Assembly: GCA_963758525.1 (NCBI GenBank)
Contig: CAVWVQ010000005.1
Location: 128,001-192,000 of the forward strand
Source of the DNA: an uncultured Phycisphaerales bacterium
Lineage (GTDB): Bacteria; Planctomycetota; Phycisphaerae; Tepidisphaerales; Tepidisphaeraceae
Reading direction: 5' to 3'
Length of the DNA: 64,000 nt
The position numbers were made by a program, and so were the translations under genes. How positions within the stretch are numbered: position 1 is the first letter of the stretch; each line of letters begins with the position of its first letter. The notes under the pieces were generated by a model. The model ran no database searches, was not told the origin of the DNA, and worked only from the letters and a program-made list of their open reading frames with translations. Below are positions 20,520 through 32,100 of this stretch, piece after piece.

Positions 20520-20960
20520 GGCAGCTCAGACCGGGATAGCGTTGGCGGAACTGTTTGCCGATCAGCGTGCGGTCGATGGCCAGCGACAGCAGGTCCCTGT
20601 CGCGGCTCACGATGTAGTTTGCCTTAGCGGCTGCGGCCAGGTCGACATACGTCTCATCCTGTGCGGCGCGGGGCTAATCGAAGACGTGGCGAACTTGCCG
20701 CAGCAGGGTGGCCCGAAACGTCAGCTTCTTGATGAATATCGCGATTCGCTGGTCGTCCAAGTCAGGAAACTTCGCGCGGACGCTGGGATATTGAAATACT
20801 TGCGGAGTTCCTTCAGCACAGCCCGGCTGACGTACACGTCGATGCGGTTCTGCTGGAGCAAAGCAACGGCTTGTCCGGCCGGGCCGGCTTCATTGGAGAT
20901 CGCCTGGACCAGGACGTTGCAGTCGAAAACGACGCGCGGTCGGTCAGCGACAGGATTCAT
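20520..20960 (-). pseudogene. PIN-domain toxin (TIGR00305-like) with a frameshift near 20795 and an in-frame TAG near 20675
   Basis: RVVFDCNVLV...S..LKEL, then in the shifted frame D*PR...DETYVDLA.AAKANYIVSRDRDLL. The 3' end is approximate. Confidence 0.7.
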
Positions 20961-21204
20961 TTGCGGGACTTGCTGCGAGACTGGGCGTGTATGGCTTTTC
21001 GTGCCTCGCTGACCGCTTCATCGAGTTCACCCTCGGTGGCGCCCCCCTTGGCGAAGCTCTCCCGGACCGGTGCCAGGATCTCATCGAACGTCAGCGTGTC
21101 GGCGTCGATCGGGGACGCGAGGTCTCGGTGGTTTTACCCATTTCGCGCGCCTTGTCGGCGGCCGCCTTGTAACGCCGTTTGTCAAGGGTGATTGTCGTGC
21201 CCAT
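20957..21204 (-). CDS. Putative antitoxin partner of the PIN toxin (frameshift near 21110)
   Basis: Manual translation MGTTITLDKRRYKAAADKAREMGKT.../IDADTLTFDEILAPVRESFAKGGATEGELDEAVSEARK; ATGA overlap with the PIN gene. Confidence 0.65.
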
Positions 21205-21246
21205 GTCGGTCAGGGTGTGGCGCTCGAAAGTGGCGATCGGCTCCGA

Positions 21247-21314
21247 GTAGGGCGGGATTCATCCCGCCGATTTGTTGGCCGGCTGAGAAAACGGCGGGAT
21301 GAATCCCGCCCTAC
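21247..21314. repeat. GTAG-type REPIN doublet (family C)
   Basis: GTAGGGCGGGATTCATCCCGCCG ... CGGCGGGATGAATCCCGCCCTAC. Confidence 0.85.
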
Positions 21315-21596
21315 GATCGCAAAATCTGCAATCGCCACAAATAAAAGTTACACCCTGCCGGTCACCTTAAAAAATGTCTCGGTGGAGTTTAGCATGGTTG
21401 ACCGAAAAGCGCTTCAGGAAAAGCAAAAGGGGGCAAGGTCGCGCAAATCCTGGCTTGGACGTGAAACGCCACCATCGTGTAAGATGCGTAGCGGACCGGG
21501 CAGTACAGTTCAGTTGCGCTGTAACTCGGCGATTACTCGTTGCCGATTTACCGGGGACGCAAAGAAGGTAAGAGTCATCATCTGCGTGGAGCAGGC

Positions 21597-21710
21597 ATGT
21601 CGCGGTTAGAACCAAATGCCACCCCAAGGCGCGGTCGAATCAAACGCGTTGCTTTTACGCTCGTGGAACTGGTGGTCCGGCAATTCGGCGGTTGTTGCGG
21701 CTTTCCTTAG
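21597..21710 (+). pseudogene. 37-aa ORF with prepilin N-terminal cleavage motif; likely remnant of a DUF1559-type gene
   Basis: MSRLEPNATPRRGRIKRVAFTLVELVVRQFGGCCGFP*, with GGAG upstream. Confidence 0.55.
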
Positions 21711-21719
21711 GAGACAGTT

Positions 21720-22757
21720 ATGGCGGTGCGATACGGGATCATCGGTTGCGGGGCGATCGCGCAACGTCGGCATATCCCTGAATGCGTGGCGAACCCGGAT
21801 TCGAAACTGGTGGCGCTGGCGGACCCGGCCAAGGCGCGGGTTGACGAGCTGGCGGCGAAATTTGGAGCCGTCGCGTTTACGGATTACCGCGAGCTGCTCA
21901 AGTCGCCGGACGTGGATGCGGTGGTGGTGGCGGGGCCGAATTCGATGCACGCGTCGATGAGCATGGAGGCGCTGGCGCTGGGGAAGCACGTGTTGTGCGA
22001 AAAGCCGATGGCGACCACGCGCCAGGACGCCGCGGCGATGGTGAAGGCGGCGGCGGAGTCGAAGCAATATTTGATGATCGGATTGAATCAGCGGCTGATG
22101 CCGCCGCATGTTCGGGCGAAGGAGATTCTCACCGGAGGAAAGCTTGGAAACATCCTGGCATTTCGCACGGCGTTTCAGCATCCGGGGCCGGAAGGGTGGT
22201 CAGTGGATGCGGGCAAGAGCTGGTTCTTTCAAAAGGGACAAGCCGCGATGGGAGTGACCGGCGATCTGGGCGTTCACAAGGCGGATTTGCTCCGCTGGCT
22301 GCTGGGCCAGGAATTTACTGAAGTGGCTGGATTCATCTCGACGCTCGACAAGCGAGATTCGCAGGGAAAACTGATTGACCTTGACGACAACGCCTTTCTC
22401 AAGCTGAAGACGGCCGGCGGCATTGTCGGGAGCATGATCCTCAGCTGGACCAACTACGGGCCCGAGGAAAACTACACCATCATCTACTGCACCAAGGGCG
22501 TGCTCTCGATCGGCATCGACCCGGCATGGGGAGTCATTGTCGACTATCGCAACGGGGAGCGGGAACAGCACCGCGTTGGCGAAATGTCGACGAATATCAA
22601 GCAAGTTGCCAGCGGCGTGATTGATCTGTTTACCAAGTGCATCCTGTCCGGCACTCGGCCGGAAATCGATGCGACAGAAGGGTATCGATCGCTGGATGTC
22701 ATTCTCACCGCGATGGATGCCGCCAGGGAGGGCAAGACGCTGAAGATTGGAGGGTGA
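21720..22757 (+). CDS. Gfo/Idh/MocA family oxidoreductase
   Basis: GIIGCGAIA, HVLCEKP and DLGVH. Confidence 0.95.
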   Translation: MAVRYGIIGCGAIAQRRHIPECVANPDSKLVALADPAKARVDELAAKFGAVAFTDYRELLKSPDVDAVVVAGPNSMHASMSMEALALGKHVLCEKPMATTRQDAAAMVKAAAESKQYLMIGLNQRLMPPHVRAKEILTGGKLGNILAFRTAFQHPGPEGWSVDAGKSWFFQKGQAAMGVTGDLGVHKADLLRWLLGQEFTEVAGFISTLDKRDSQGKLIDLDDNAFLKLKTAGGIVGSMILSWTNYGPEENYTIIYCTKGVLSIGIDPAWGVIVDYRNGEREQHRVGEMSTNIKQVASGVIDLFTKCILSGTRPEIDATEGYRSLDVILTAMDAAREGKTLKIGG

Positions 22758-22798
22758 GAACCTGAGCGTTCCGGTCCGCGGGCAACTCCGCGCACAGA

Positions 22799-22824
22799 AG
22801 CCGCGGATGTACATCCGGGGCTAC
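22799..22824 (-). repeat. GTAG-type REP palindrome (family A)
   Basis: Reverse complement reads GTAGCCCCGGATGTACATCCGCGGCT. Confidence 0.75.
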
Positions 22825-22971
22825 GGGGAAGGTTCGCTGTCTTTACACAAGGGATGCGTAAAAGCTGCGGGTCCGGGGTTCGCCACGTCTAAAACTTGAG
22901 TGTAACTTGCACGTAAACCCGCACGCGATAAACTCGGCGGAGGAAACGAGTTTCGTGAGCGGAGGTCCCTT

Positions 22972-24168
22972 GTGATGTCGGGTGAAACAGTCAACGTTTG
23001 CCTCATCGGGCATAAGTTCATGGGGCGGACGCACAGCAATGCGTACCTGAAAGCACCCAAGTTCTTCGATCTTCCGTTGCAGCCGGTGATGCACACGATT
23101 GTCGGGCGCAATGAGCAGGAGTTGATCGCGTTCAAGGATCGCTGGGGCTGGCAGCACGCGAGCACGGATTGGAAGAAGACGATCAGCGATCCCGCGATTG
23201 ACCTGGTGGATATCGGAACGCCCAACAACGCGCACGCGGATATGGCGATCGCGGCGCTGGAGGCGGGGAAGCACGTGGCGTGTGAGAAGCCGCTGGCGGC
23301 GACGCTTTCCGAAGCGCGGCGGATGCGCGACGCGGCGGTGAAGGCGAAGAACAGCAGGACGTCGGTCTGGTACAGCTATCGTCGGGTGCCGGCGGTTGCG
23401 CTGGCATATGAGCTGGCGCGGGCGGGGAAGATCGGTCGCATCTACCACATTCGCGCATATTACCTGCAGGACTGGGCGGGGCCGGAAGTTCCGCTGATCT
23501 GGCGCTTCCAGAAGAGCGTGGCGGGCACGGGATCGCACGGCGATCTTGGCGCCCACATCATCGACATGGCGCGCTTTATCAGCGGCGACGAGGTCTCGGA
23601 AGTGATCGGATCGGTCGCCGAGACGTTCATCAAGGAGCGTGAAATTCCGTCGCAGGGATCGTCCGGCGGGATTGCCGGGGGCTCCGCGGGCGCGAGGGGG
23701 AAAATGGGAAAAAGCGACGTGGATGACGCGACGCTGTTTCTGGCCCGATTCAAAGGCGGCGCGATCGGCAGCTTTGAATCGACGCGTTTTGCCACCGGGA
23801 ATCAAAACAAGAACGGCCTGGAGATCAATGGCGAGAAGGGGGCGATCATGTTCGATTTCGAGGACATGAATCATCTCTCGTTTTACGACCGGACCGCGCC
23901 GCGCAAGGTGCAGGGATGGACGAAGATCATGGTGACGCACGGCGGAGATCATCCGTATGCCGCCAACTGGTGGCCCGATGCGCACGTGCTGGGATACGAG
24001 CACACGTTTATCAATCAGGTTGCGGACATCATGGCCGACCTGGCGGGGAAGACGCCGGTGGTTCCGCTGCCGGATTTTGAAGATGCGTACAAGACACAGC
24101 AGGTTTTGGAAGCGGCGACGATCAGCGCGGAACAGCGCCGGCCGGTGAGCCTTGCCGAGCTGGAGTAA
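22972..24168 (+). CDS. Gfo/Idh/MocA family oxidoreductase
   Basis: IGHKFMG, HVACEKP, YLQDW, GDLGAHIID and GYEHTF. Confidence 0.95.
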   Translation: MMSGETVNVCLIGHKFMGRTHSNAYLKAPKFFDLPLQPVMHTIVGRNEQELIAFKDRWGWQHASTDWKKTISDPAIDLVDIGTPNNAHADMAIAALEAGKHVACEKPLAATLSEARRMRDAAVKAKNSRTSVWYSYRRVPAVALAYELARAGKIGRIYHIRAYYLQDWAGPEVPLIWRFQKSVAGTGSHGDLGAHIIDMARFISGDEVSEVIGSVAETFIKEREIPSQGSSGGIAGGSAGARGKMGKSDVDDATLFLARFKGGAIGSFESTRFATGNQNKNGLEINGEKGAIMFDFEDMNHLSFYDRTAPRKVQGWTKIMVTHGGDHPYAANWWPDAHVLGYEHTFINQVADIMADLAGKTPVVPLPDFEDAYKTQQVLEAATISAEQRRPVSLAELE

Positions 24169-24216
24169 CATGTTCCGTGGGGCTGCCTCTGGAGGGCGAG
24201 CACCTTTGGGAGCGAT

Positions 24217-24991
24217 ATGAAAGAGTATTTCGTGCGTTGGAATGCCCCCGCGGCTCTGGCATCCATCGCGATCTGGGTGATTGTTGCCGGATGCGCGAAA
24301 ACCCGTCCGCCGACGCCTCCGGCGACCCGCCCGGCTACTGCTCCGGCGGCCATCGACGCTTCGGCGCCGGGGAACGTCCGCGTGCGCGAGCTTTCGCGTG
24401 CGTGTGAGGAGTACGCTTCGCTGAGCCATCAGCTTCCAGGAAGCACGCCGGCGGAACATCGGCAGATCATGCACAATGTCTTTGACAAGCTTGATCAGAT
24501 TCTGCGGCTTCTTGCTGATGCGCGCAACGATCTGGTGTTTCGCCAACATCTGATGGTGCTGGAAGATGCTCGCGCCGAGCTTGGGGATACGCCGACGGAA
24601 GTGGCAGTCGATCCAACGATCGACACCGGCCTGCGATCTGCCTACCACGCGCTGTCCGACATCTCGCGTTCCAAAGACTTTGTCGATTCGGACTTCGCCG
24701 CCCCACTGGGTGATATGCAGGCGCGCCTCGATGAGCTGGACACGGTGCGCGGGCTGACGCATCAAGTGGTGGTCGGAGAAGCGGTCGAGGCGTCGAGCGT
24801 GGTGGTGAGCAAAATGGCCGACGTGCTGGCGTCGCGTGTCATCGTGACGGCGGCCAACGATGCCAGCGCCTGCTGGCACGGAGCCGGTGGCTGGACCGGC
24901 AACCGAGCCGGCGGCTGGACCAACAACCGAGCCCGGGCCCGCTACCGAACCCGCCGCGCCGACGACAACTCCCGCGACGCAGCCGCAGTAA
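24217..24991 (+). CDS. Putative lipoprotein (frameshift near 24870 fuses it to the Rieske gene in the ORF track)
   Basis: VAGC lipobox; the alternate frame gives a Pro/Thr tail ...EPATEPAAPTTTPATQPQ ending TAA 24989-24991. Confidence 0.6.
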
Positions 24992-25014
24992 CATTACGAT
25001 CGAGCTGTGTTCCG

Positions 25015-25344
25015 ATGGCCTGGACCTCCTTGTGCGATCTGGATGAACTGCAGGAAGGGCAGGGAAAGTACGTTGAAATCGGGGGTTTCCAGCTCGCCGT
25101 GTTTCTCAGCGCAGCAAGCGTTTACGTCACCGATAATTACTGTCCCCACGCCGGCGGCAACCTTGCAGGCGGGTACGTCGAAGAAGGTTGCGTCGTATGC
25201 CCATGGCACTACTGGGCTTTCCGGCTGGAGAACGGGCAGCTGCGCGACTCCCCTGGCGTCACCATCAAAACGTATCGGGCGCGGATCATCCAGCCGTCCG
25301 GGGAACGCCCTAGACTGGTGCAGGCAGACCTTCCGATTTACTGA
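25015..25344 (+). CDS. Rieske [2Fe-2S] ferredoxin (NirD-like)
   Basis: CPHAG...VCPWH. Confidence 0.9.
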   Translation: MAWTSLCDLDELQEGQGKYVEIGGFQLAVFLSAASVYVTDNYCPHAGGNLAGGYVEEGCVVCPWHYWAFRLENGQLRDSPGVTIKTYRARIIQPSGERPRLVQADLPIY

Positions 25345-26857
25345 CCAGACTGGCTGCGGGCCGGTTCGCGATGGAACAGATACAGCGCATTGCTGTGATA
25401 CACCTGCTTGAACGCGGGATCAGATTCGTACTTCCGCAGCACGTCGACCGCGAACTTGCCGGCATTGCGCATGCTGTCTTCGTCAAAGTCCATTGCCACC
25501 CAGTCGATCTGATCGTCGGGAGGCAGGCGAAGTGTCGGTTCGCTCAGGCCGTAGATGAACTGAACCACCTGCCGATGCGCGAGATACGGCACCATCTGAT
25601 GCGACGCGAGGACGCCGCCCTCGTCGTTGACCATCGCGAGCATGCGGCGTTTTTCGGCGGAGCTGGTGGGTGTTACCACCTGCTTCGGCTCTGTCTGCGT
25701 CAAGCGCACCAGAAGGCCAATCAGCAGGATCGCAACCGACCACAACACGATGGATCTTTCCCGCGTAAACCACCCGCTCTTTTCTGCCAGCGAGTCGATC
25801 ATCGTCAGGAAGACGAATGGCACGACCGGAAGCGAATAGTGGTTAAACGGACTATGAAACGCATCTTTGGTGGAGAGAAGAATCAGCAGGATGCAGGGGA
25901 TCGCGCAGAGCAGCGGGCTCAGCTTTTTTGGCGATAGAGCCCACATCACGGGGACGATAATCGTCCCCAGATACACCACCCACGGTCCCTGCAGAATCAT
26001 CCTGACCGGAATCCAGGGCCGAAGCAGCATGGTGCGGAGGATCTCTGACTGGGAGTGTCCCATATAACTGAAAAATCGAGCGCTGTCGGGCTGATGGCCA
26101 TGGCCGAAGTGGGGAATGATGACGGTGGTGGCAATCACGAACCAGGCCGAGGAGAAGACGAAGGCAATGATTCCATAGACGCGGCTTTGACTGAATGCCG
26201 CGAGATACAGCCCTGTCGCGGCGAAGGTGATCGCCATCGCTTCCTTCGTGGAAAGACCGATGAGCAACCAGAAGATGAACCAGCCCAGTCGCCGCTGGCG
26301 CGCGCACAGCATCATTGCGAACAGCGCGGGCACTACCAGCACTTCCGGATAGAAATCGCGCAGCGAGGCCATCGCGACGACCGGGTAGAGCAGGTATGCC
26401 GCCACCAGGCTCAGCGCCAACGATGGGGCAAGTCCGGCGAGACGCGCCAGACGCCACATCGGCCAGGCTGCTCCCGCCATGCTCGCGGACTGAATGAACA
26501 GGAGCCAGTAAAGTGTTGGATGGATGCGATAGAGCTGAGCGATCGCGTAGATCACCACGCCGGCATGGTCGGCAAGCATGTGGATGCTGAGGATCGTCGA
26601 GAAAGGCGGCTTCCCCTGTGCGATCAGAAACATCGACTGATCCCACACTCCCAGATCCAGCGCACAGCGCGCACGGCGTGATACCTGTACCAGGCTGCGA
26701 GGAAGTAGCAGAACCCCCCAAGCGCGATCAGCGTCAACACCGCAAATCGCTCGCGCGGCTCGAGGCCTGGATTCGCCGATGCCCCTGCGCTGTGGACGGC
26801 CGGCACCGATCTATGGCTGCAGATGCGTTGAGCAGTGGATAGGGGAACAGCGCTCAT
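25338..26857 (-). CDS. DUF2079-like multi-pass membrane protein (predicted GT-C fold), frameshift near 26650
   Basis: WDLG/WDQ, LADH, STKE and HYSLPVVP motifs; many TM helices. Confidence 0.75.
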
Positions 26858-27220
26858 CGGATACTTCCACTTAATAACACTGCGAAACTCGTGTCAACTC
26901 GCGTTGCGGTCAGAAATAATCAGCGTCGTACCGATTTATTCTAATGGCCAGTTGCACAATATCGTCCACACTTCCGGTTGACGCCAGCCTGATTTTCCCC
27001 ACAAACGCTGCCGAGCCCTTGATTTAGGGGTTTACCCGGTGCGAGGGAAACGACTTTTCCGTCTAAGGGTGGTATCGTGAGGGTGGCCACGTGTTTGGAG
27101 GAGGTCTGGGAGCTCGTTCGGGTGGCCTGGCGTGTTTTGCCCGCTCACTCGCCGGGTATGGCCCCGGCAAGCATTCGGCTGGGTGCAATTTAATTCTTTC
27201 CGCGGATGCAGTTGCCGGCA

Positions 27221-28356
27221 ATGGACGAGCCACAGGTTGACATCTCGGTCATCATCCCCACCCTCAATGAAGCTGAGAACATCCCCGAGCTGTTGCGCCG
27301 GCTCGACTTGGCCATGCGCGGCGGCGCTACGAGGTCATCGTTGTTGACGACGGCAGCCATGACCACACGGCGCAGGTGTGCGCCGAAGCCGCCGGAAACT
27401 TCCCGTTGCGTTTGCTGGTGCGCGAGCAACCGCGCAATGGTCTGAGCGGCGCAGTCCTGCACGGCATGTCGTTCGCGAGGGGCAACGTTTTCATGGTGAT
27501 GGACGCGGACCTGCAGCATCCGCCCGAGCAGGCGCCGTCATTGCTCGCGGAACTTGCTCGCGGCGCGGATTTTGCCATCGGCTCTCGCTACACCGCCGGC
27601 GGGAGCATGCAGGAGAATTGGGGAGCCTTGCGGAAACTCAACTCGAAGATCGCGACGCTTCTGGCGCGGCCGTTTGCGGGCGCACGACCGACCCCATGTC
27701 AGGCTTCTTCGCGTTGCGGCGGGAAACCTATCAGAGCGGGCAGCGGCTGACTCCGTTGGGTTACAAGGTGGGGCTCGAGCTGATGTGCAAGTGCAGGGTT
27801 CGGGACGTCCGTGAGATTCCCATTCATTTTGCAGCCCGGATCCGCGGTGAGTCCAAACTGACGCTCGCTCAACAATTCAAATATCTCGAGCATCTCAGCC
27901 GCCTCTACGATTTCTTTTTCCCGCGCTTCTCCGGTTGCCAAGTTCCTGATCGTCACCGTGATCGGCTGGGCCGTCGGACTATCGATCTACTCGCTCCTGC
28001 ACATGCGCGGTTGTAATCGAGTTCTCGACGTTGTGGTGGGGTACCTGAGCGCGATCCTGCTGACCGCCATGTTCCATAACCGCTACGTGCGGACGCAGCG
28101 CGAATTTCTCGCCACGCGGCATCCCTGGCGGGAGTTCGCCCTGACATCGCTGGCGGAACTGTCGGCGTGCACGCTGGCCGCTCTCTGGCTCCAGGGGCGT
28201 CTGGCAAATCCGAATGCATTTGATCTGCCGGTCCTTTGCTTCCTGGGGGCGACCGCCGTGCGCTACGTCCTGCGAAAGGAATTGATGCAGGATATTCGCG
28301 GCCTGCGGCGCGATCTGCGCGATGGATTTGCAGGGACCGCCGCGAAAGGCGGATGA
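27221..28356 (+). CDS. GT2 polyprenol-phosphate glycosyltransferase (DPM1-like) with GtrA-like membrane C-terminus, three frameshifts
   Basis: ISVIIPTLNEAENI, VVDDGS.D, GLSGA, VMDADLQHPP, IGSRY, DPMSGFF, GYK and R.RGESKL spread over successive frames. Confidence 0.85.
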
Positions 28357-28472
28357 TCCGTCCCATGATGCTCCAGCGGCGCCGACTTCGCCTCGCCAAT
28401 GGTAGAGGATGGTAGAGGCGGTCGTGCACGCAGAAACTGGTCAGTTGTTTCTGCAATGCGTAAACTCACGAT

Positions 28473-29027
28473 GTGGCGAAAAGTCTTCAGGGTCATTTTC
28501 TGATCGCGTCTCCGCAGTTGCATGACGGCAATTTCGCGCGCGCGGTGGTGCTGCTGGTCAGGCACGGCGACGATGGCGCGCTGGGCTTGATCGTCAACCG
28601 CCCGCTCGACGCAAAATTGGAGAACATCTGGGATCAGATCAGCGAGAGCACGTGCGCGGTCGACCGCACGCTGTATCAGGGCGGCCCGTGCGAGGGCCCG
28701 CTGATGGTGCTTCACGCAGATCCGGCAATGTCGCAGGCCAAAGCCGCCGACGGCGTTCATTTCACCGCCGATCGCGAGATGATCGAGCAACTTGTTTCCG
28801 CGGCTCGCGCTGACACGAAATTCTTCGTCGGCTACGCCGGGTGGGCGGTGGGTCAGTTGGAAAGCGAGATCGCCGAGGGCTCCTGGCTCACCTTGCCCGC
28901 TTCACGCCAGCAGGTCTTTGAAGCTGACGAGAAATCGTGGGATCATCTTCTCCGCCGCGCACATCGAGCCGCCGTCTTTCCCTGGCTGGATCCCAAACGC
29001 ATCCCGGACGATCCGAGCGTCAACTGA
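28473..29027 (+). CDS. YqgE/AlgH family protein
   Basis: FLIASPQL.DGNFARAVV, GLIVNRP, GGP and GYAGW..GQLE.E. Confidence 0.92.
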   Translation: MAKSLQGHFLIASPQLHDGNFARAVVLLVRHGDDGALGLIVNRPLDAKLENIWDQISESTCAVDRTLYQGGPCEGPLMVLHADPAMSQAKAADGVHFTADREMIEQLVSAARADTKFFVGYAGWAVGQLESEIAEGSWLTLPASRQQVFEADEKSWDHLLRRAHRAAVFPWLDPKRIPDDPSVN

Positions 29028-29195
29028 GGCGTCGATCTGTTGAGGTCGCATCTGCCGCACAAACACCTGATGAACTTATGCGGCGTGCCGACGAACAGCG
29101 CGAGCGAGTTGAAGAAGTGCGGACGAAATCCATTCGGTCCGCGCTCATCGACACGCCGCAGATAGATCGCACGCAATAGATTCAGCCGTCATTTC

Positions 29196-32100
29196 CTATG
29201 CGAGCGCCGCGGCCATGAGATCGACACTGCCGCTGGCTCCATTGATGTTGGTGGATTTCACACAGCTGATCGTCAATGTCTGACCGGCTGATGCCGCCTG
29301 GTAGGTGATGGTATAGAGGTTTGTATAGAGCCCGGTGCCGGATGAAGTCAGGACCACGTCAGCGGCCGAGCCGTCGGACAAATGCGCCGTGAGCGTGGCT
29401 CCGCTGGAGTAGCCGCCGGCATAGATGTAAAGCGTGCGCGTGGTGGTGTCGGCTGGCGCGGTGAAGGAGTAGCCGGCGCCGATGGCGTTGTTGGCCCAGA
29501 TGTAGGCGTTATCTCCGGAATTCGCCGCCGTTGGAGCGCCGTCGCTCCAGGTAACGGAGCGGCTTGGATCGTAATACGAGCCGACGTTCCCCGAGCCGAG
29601 CACGGTTACGTTGCTGATCTGTGAATTGCCGGTGGCCTTGTGGTTGAAGGCGCCATAGACGTTGCCCGCGCCCCAGTCGGCCCAGTCGCTGGTGCCGAGG
29701 GTGGTAAGGTTATAGGTGGATGCAGCGACGGCCTGCGTCGCGTTGAGGGAGCCGGCGCCTGGCGCGGAAATGGCGATCTGGAAAGTTCCCAATGTCGCGA
29801 CGGAAGCGAAATTGCCGCTGGTGTCGCTGACGGAGTTCGCGGCGAGTGCGACGCTGTAGATGCCGTCGAATGCCGTCGTCCATCCCCCCGCAGGAGGCGC
29901 GACGCTGTAGGTGGCAGTGATCGTGGCGCTGTCGCTCGACGCGGAAGCGCTGACGAAGGTTGCGGTCTGGCTCGTGGGACCCGTCAACACCAGGTTACCG
30001 GTCAGCAGCGTGGAGTTCCTCACCGCGACGTTGTCGGTGTAGACGACTTTCAGTGTCGCCGGCGATGACGACGAGGTGATGGTCGGAGTGGTCAGGAGAG
30101 AAGCCAGCGGCTTGGTCGTGTCCGCCGCCGGCTCGCCGGTGAGGTACGCGGCGATAAGGTCCACGCTTCCGTTGGTGCCGACGACGTTGGCAGTTTTGAG
30201 CAGCGTGATGGTCAGCGTCTGACCGGCGGATGCGGCGTGATAGACGATGGTGTAGACGTTGGTATAGAGGCCCGAAGCGGAGCTCGTGACCGTGTAGTCC
30301 GCTGCCGAACCGTCGGAAAGATGAGCCGTCAGAGTCGACGCGATGTTGATGCCGCCGGCATAGACCGTCAGCGTGCGCGTGGTGGTATCCGCGGGAACGG
30401 TAAACGAATAGCCGGTGTTGAGCGCGCCGTTGCTCCAGATGTAGCCATGCTCGTTGGTGTCCGAGGCGGCAGGAGTGCCGTCCGTCCAGGTTGCGCTGCG
30501 CGACCCGTCGGAATAGCCGCCGAAGTTGGCGCCGGCGCCGACAACGGTGACGTTGGAGATCTGCGATCCGCCGGTGGCTTTGTGATCGAAGTTGCCGTAG
30601 ACCGCCCCGCGTCCCCAGTGAGCCCAGTCACTGGTCCCAAGCGTCGTAAGGTTGTATGAGGCGGCCGCGGTTCCGATCAGGCCGGAGAGAGAACCAGCGC
30701 CGGCGCAGGGATGGCGATCTGCAAGTTCCCAAGCGTCGCCGCCTTCGCAAAATTGTTGCTGGTATCGCTGACCGAGCTCTCGGCAAGAGCTATGGAATAT
30801 GTTCCGTTGGCAGCGGTCGTCCAACCTCCGGCTGGCGCGGCGACGCTGTACGTTGCGGTGATCGTCGCGTTGTTGCTGGAGGGCGAGGCGCTGACAAAAG
30901 TTGCAGTCGCGCTCGTGGGTCCGCTTAACGTCAGGTTTCCGGTCGCCAGCGTTGACGCCTTTACGGCAACATTGTCGGTGTAGACAACGGTCAACGTCGC
31001 CGGAGATCCGGAGGAGGTGACCGTCGGAGCCGACTGCAATACTGCCCCGGGGATGGTGGTGTCTGGCACGATCGCGATCTGGAACGTTCCCAGCGTCGCC
31101 TGCAGGGCGGCGTTGCTGCTGGCATCGGTGACGGAGCCGCCAAGCAGCGTGACGATGTAGCTCCCATTGGCGGCAGTGGTCCATCCGCCTGCGGGCGGCG
31201 CAACGCTGTACGTCGCGGTGATCGTGGCGCTGTTGCTGGCGGGCGACGCGCTGACAAAAGTTGCAGTCGCGCTGGTGGGTCCGCTCAACGTCAGGTTTCC
31301 CGTGAGCAGCGTTGACGCTTTTACGGCAACATTGTCGGTGTAAACAACGGTCAGCGTCGCCGGAGATGCCGAAGACGTGACGGTCGGAGTCGCCAGCAGC
31401 GCAGCCTGTGGCCGCGTCGTGTCGGGGACCGTTGGCGAGCTGGTGAGGTACGCGGCGATGAGGTCCGCGCTGCCGTTGGTGCCGACGATATTGCCGGTCT
31501 TCAGAAGAGTGATCGTCAACGTTTGGCCGGCGGTGGCGGCCCTGTAGGTGATGGTGTAGACGTTGGTGTAGAGCCCGGCAACGCCCGCCGTTGCAACGAA
31601 GTCCACGGCCGAGCCGTCCGACAGATGAGCGGTCAGCGAGGTTGAGACATTATTTCCGCCGGCATAGACGGTCAGCGTGCGCGTGGTGGTGTCGGCGGGG
31701 ACGGTAAACGAATAGCCGGTATTGAGTGCGCCGTTGCTCCAGATGTAGCCGTGCTCATTGGAGTCTGAGGCGGTGGGCGACCCGTCTGTCCAGGTTGTGT
31801 TGCGTGAGCCGTCAGAATAGCCGCCGAAATTTGCCCCGGCGCCGACGACGGTGACGTTGGAGATTTGCGAACCGCCGGTGGCCTTGTGATCGAAGTTGCC
31901 ATAGGTGCCCCCGCGTCCCCAGTCGGCCCAGTCGGCCGAGCCCAGCGTCGTCAAATTCAAACCGGAAGCGGCCGCGGCCTGCGTGCCAGCCACCGACCCG
32001 CCGATCGCGACCAAAAAGTTGCCGATCGGTCCGGCTGCGACAAAGCGGCTGCTGGTGTCGTCGACCTGATTCGCCTGGACGGAGACCGTGTAGCTGCCAT

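Noticed and set aside
19363..20610. Sigma factor with a long N-terminal extension
   Set aside because: The extension is the tail of the broken PIN gene plus REP and promoter DNA read in frame. Sigma homology starts at 20214.
20670..20680. In-frame TAG as pyrrolysine or stop-codon reassignment
   Set aside because: TAG terminates other genes here (rex, proS, the DHS-like gene), and no pyl genes are present in the window.
21540..21575. GGGACGCAAAG resembling part of a c-di-GMP-I riboswitch
   Set aside because: The upstream GGCAAAC/GAAA P2 elements and the pairing stems are absent.
22843..24879. Long antisense ORFs (for example 22843-24879, 905-2125, 52092-53372, 58845-60251)
   Set aside because: These are shadow frames of well-supported genes in a high-GC genome and have no recognisable motifs.
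24217..25344. Novel lipoprotein-Rieske fusion (375-aa track ORF)
   Set aside because: An indel near 24870 bypasses the natural Pro/Thr tail and TAA 24991. The Rieske gene has its own ATG at 25015.
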